Assembly (NCBI RefSeq): GCF_009914755.1
Contig: NC_060937.1
Direction: 5' to 3' (one strand)
Length of the DNA stretch: 64,000 bases
Source: the human T2T-CHM13v2.0 reference genome, Homo sapiens
Shown: positions 56,449-64,000 of the stretch, one piece after another
Position numbering within the stretch: the first letter of the stretch is position 1
Layout: each line of letters opens with the position of its first letter
Program-made: the position numbers and the translations under genes
Notes under the pieces: model-generated
Seen by the model: the letters and a program-made list of their open reading frames with translations, nothing else
Database searches by the model: none
Told to the model about the DNA's origin: nothing

Positions 56449-57999
56449 CTGCAACACATTTAAAGAGAAAATTAAATTAACTACGAGACATCTGTTACTC
56501 TGAAAGTCATACACCGCTTATCTCTAGAACCAGAATACATCATTTAATATTTTAGTTTATATATATATATAAACTATAAACACACAAAATCATACCAAAC
56601 CTGGCTGGCGCAGTGGCTCATTCCTGTAATCCCGCACTTTGGGAAGCCGAGGCAAGCAGATTGCTTGAGGTCAGGAGTCTGAGACTGGCCAACATGGAGA
56701 AACCCTGTTTCTACTAAAAATACAAAAAATTAGCTGGGCGTGGTGGCACGCACCTGTAGTCCCAGCTACTCAGGAGAGTGAGATAGGAGAATCGTTTGAA
56801 CCCAGAAGGTGGAGGTTTCAATGAGCTGAGACTAAACCACTGCACTCCAGTCTGGGTGACAGAGTGAGACTCTGTCTTAAAAAAAAAAAACAGAAACTAT
56901 TACATTAAAAAATCAATATTTCCTTAATATTAAATAGCCAACCAGCATTCAAATGTTCAATTGTGTTAAAAAATCATAAATGGTGGCAGTGCAAGGAAAG
57001 ACAAGACAGTTTTTTGCTTAAATCAAATTAAGTCTGCATATTGCAATTGACTGATACATTTCTTAACTTTCTTTACATTTCTGAGTTGCCATTCATCTGT
57101 CTAGCTTTTTTTACTTTGCAATTTATTTGTTGAAGAACTCAGGCTGTTTATTCATGTAGAATTTCCCATAGTTTGGATTTTGCCAACTATATTCCTATTG
57201 TGTAGCTTAACATGTTTTTCTATACCCCCTCTAACTGAGTAGTCGTATCTGGAGGCTTGATGAAATTCAACTTTAATTTTTTTTGGCAAGACTAAAAAAA
57301 AATTTATGTATTTTGATGACAGCTCAAAATATAATCTAAGCCTCAAATTTCATAAAATCATTAAATCTTTTTGGTTTTGCTTTTTTTTTTTGAGACAAGG
57401 TCTTACCCTGTCTCCCAGGCTAGAGTGCAGTGGCTCAATTATAGCTCACTGCAACCATAAACTCCTAGGCTCAAGCAATCCTATCACCTCAGCCTCCCGA
57501 GTAGACAGGACTACAGTCTCAGGCCACCATGCCCAGCTAATTTTTAAAATTTTTTTAGAGACAGGGTCCCGCTATGTTGCTCACTTGAATTCCTCAAGCC
57601 AGGCCTGAATTCCTCAAGCCAGGCCTTGAATTCCTGGGCTCAGGTGATCCTCCCTCCTTGGCCTCCCAAAGTTCTGGGATTACAGGTGTGAGCCGCTGCA
57701 TCTGTTCAAATATTTTTATTATGAAAATTTTAAACAAAATAAAAATTGTGGAGTATAGTATATATAATGAATCCCCATGTGCCCATTCCTAGCTTCAACT
57801 ATTATCACCAAATGGCCAATCTTCTTTCATCCATACCCCACTCACTGCCCTCAAGTCCTTACAGGATTATTTTGAAGGAATCTAAAATACCATATTTTAT
57901 CTCTAAATACTTTAGCATGTGTATCTAAAAGATGTCTAACACAATACTACTATCATATCTTAAATATACTAACAATAAATCTTTTTTTTTTTTTTTTGA

Positions 58000-58104
<105 letters not shown>

Positions 58105-58302
58105 TGAGTAGCTGGGAATACAGGCATGTGCCACCATGCCCAGCTAATTCTGTATTTTCAGTAGAGACGGGATTTCTCCATGTTGGTCAGGCTGGTCTTG
58201 AACTCCCGACCTCAGGTGATCTGCCCGCCTCGGCCTCCCAAAGTGCTGGGATTACAAGTGTCAGCCACCGTGCCCGGCCTACAGTAATTCTTTAATATCA
58301 TC

Positions 58303-58662
58303 TATTATAGGCTGAATGGTATCCCCCAAAATTCTATGTTGACATGCTAACCCCCAGTACCTCAGAATGTCTTTAAAGAGATAACTGAGTTAAAATGAGG
58401 TTATTAGTGTAGGCCCTAATCCAATATGGTTAGTGTCCCTCTAAGATGAAATATGAACACTGGCAGGTACAAAACATAAGACCATGTGAAGACACTGGAA
58501 GACAAGTCACCTATAAGTCCAGAAAGAAGCCTCAGAAGGAATTAACTCTACCAATATCTTGATCTCAGACTTCTAGCTTCCAGAACTGTGAGAAAATAAA
58601 TTTCTCATTTGAGCCACTCAGTCTGTGGTACTTTCTTATGGCAGTCCTAGCAAACTAACACA
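58303..58662 (+). mobile_element. MLT1 (MLT1B-like) LTR
   Basis: CCCCCAAAATTC...GGCCCTAATCCAATATG...CCAGAACTGTGAGAAAATAAATTTC...ATGGCAGTCCTAGCAAACTAA. Confidence 0.75.
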
Positions 58663-59253
58663 TCATCTGAAGCGCCACCTAACACGTGTAAGAACAAAAA
58701 TGTCCTATCCTTATCTCTTTCTTCCCCTAGAGCTTCTCAAAGGCTCCCCGTCACCCCCACTGTGGAATAACGAAGATTACAAGGTTCTTCCCTTTTTCAT
58801 GACATTGCTCAGAAAAGGATGGAAGAGTTAAACAAAGCTTTGGTAAGTTGGGAGGTAAGGCAAAGGGAAGAAAAAACACAAACAGAGAATCTGGTTTCCT
58901 CTCTGAGAACTAATGCCTTCCCTGATGACTAGAACTAGGAAGAAACACTCCTTCCGGAAAGACATTGGTCCTCAACTTACAAAGACTGTAGCCTTACCCT
59001 AAGGCTTTAAAAGTTATATCAGGATACACTGCTAAACCCCCACTAACTACAAGCCCAGATACATGCATAGTGGTGTTTATTCTGTTACACATACAGATCA
59101 GACAGCAATGAATAGAAACTTCTAACCTGATTAGTCCAATTCCCTCACTGGTAAGGGAAAAGTAACTCTAGATTCAACAAAAAACTTTTATTGGTTTGCT
59201 CTGAACAAAAAATGTGAATACATGCAAAAAATGCTTTGTTAAAAAAAAGGGAG

Positions 59254-62905
<3,652 letters not shown>

Positions 62906-63978
62906 GAGGACAACACAAAGATGAGGTATTGACAACCAATGTTAACAGTGGGGCCTCTCCCCCACCAGATGGATACAGTCATTCTACCTTTCCCCGATTT
63001 AAAACATTACTGTATCATATGTTAACTTCCTAAATAGATCAGAACCCGCCTTTAGACTTACTATTCAGTTCTAAGGCATTGTGCTACATGCTAAGGTAAA
63101 GCTGAGAACAAGGCAGCCCCAGTACTTGCCACTATGAAATCTACAGATATACCTCATCTTGCCTATTTCTGATAAACTTTCTTTTACGAATAAAGATGCA
63201 AATATTTGCTTCCAAACAGTTTTCTCAAATATCCACAACATCCCTGGCCAAGATATATGACTGTAAATGAACAAAAAGAGAAAGCATGTACCAATTTCTA
63301 AGTGATGAAAGTATTATTACTACAATCTCACATTTATGTAGCCTAATCTTCAAGTTTAAAATATCTTACTAGTTCTGACTGAACCAGAAAAGAAATCTAT
63401 AAATCCCAGGACCTTATCGTACATTTGGGTCATGGCCCACCATTTTGCTTCCTGTGGCAGTGGTAAGAAAAGAACATTCCTCTCTCTTTCCCTACAAAAC
63501 AACTCATTTTGTTCACAGGAATATGGAGGAAGGCATATAAGAAAGTACTCAGTGAGCTGGGTGGGGTGGTGCATGACTGTTGTCCCAGTTACTCAGGAGG
63601 CTAAGGCAGGAGGATCACTTGAGCCCAGGAGTCCAAGTCTAGGCTGGGCAATACAGTAAGACTCCATCTCTTAAAAAAAAAAAAAACTGCTCAGTGAAGA
63701 CTTGATGAATTGAGGTTTGGTTCCTTTTAAATGCCTCTTATTTTGTCACATTCATCTCAATATATTTAGGAAAGGAGAAATGGGAGATGACAAAACAGTA
63801 CTAAATCCAGCAGATGAAACAGAAAATGTAATTTTCTTCTCCATGTAGGGCTGTAGTTTCTGAAGGTAATACAGTTTAAAACCAAGTTAGGGGCGTTTTA
63901 TGCCCCCACATCCTCAGGATTAGGACACTGCCTAAAGCTGTGCTGCAGCAAGGTCCTACTGGATGGAGACACACGCAC

Positions 63979-64000
63979 CTGTAAGGGTGATGTCATCATC
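63979..64000 (-). CDS. ELF1: ELF1 exon 3, 3' end only (truncated by window edge)
   Basis: Minus strand reads GAT GAT GAC ATC ACC CTT ACA G|GTGCGT = DDDITLT plus a phase-1 donor. It joins exon 4 in frame (G|TT = Val). Confidence 0.9.

Overview
This is primate, almost certainly human, genomic DNA, very rich in Alu elements; it is not prokaryotic. It holds two minus-strand loci. (1) The 3' two-thirds of ELF1 (E74-like ETS factor 1): seven coding exons from 64000 down to the stop at 38436, all with GT-AG junctions and a continuous frame, followed by a ~1.4 kb 3'UTR. (2) About 10 kb downstream, a CpG-island-associated, intron-containing duplicate of the 5' half of SUGT1 (consistent with SUGT1P3). 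Its exons 1-4 are open; exons 5-7 carry two nonsense codons, a frameshift and a dead splice donor. Most ORFs in the supplied track are Alu, SVA or L1 noise. I found no evidence of a new biological system. The most notable structures are an SVA with a ~0.9 kb 3' transduction and a lost poly(A) signal in ELF1 intron 3; an apparent run of three adjacent in-place micro-inversions with a perfect 23-bp inverted duplication in ELF1 intron 5; a twin-primed L1 inserted 10 bp from a full-length SVA; and a possible 91-aa TPR-only product of the pseudogene. Repeat family and subfamily names and exon numbers come from recalled consensus and reference sequences, not from a search.
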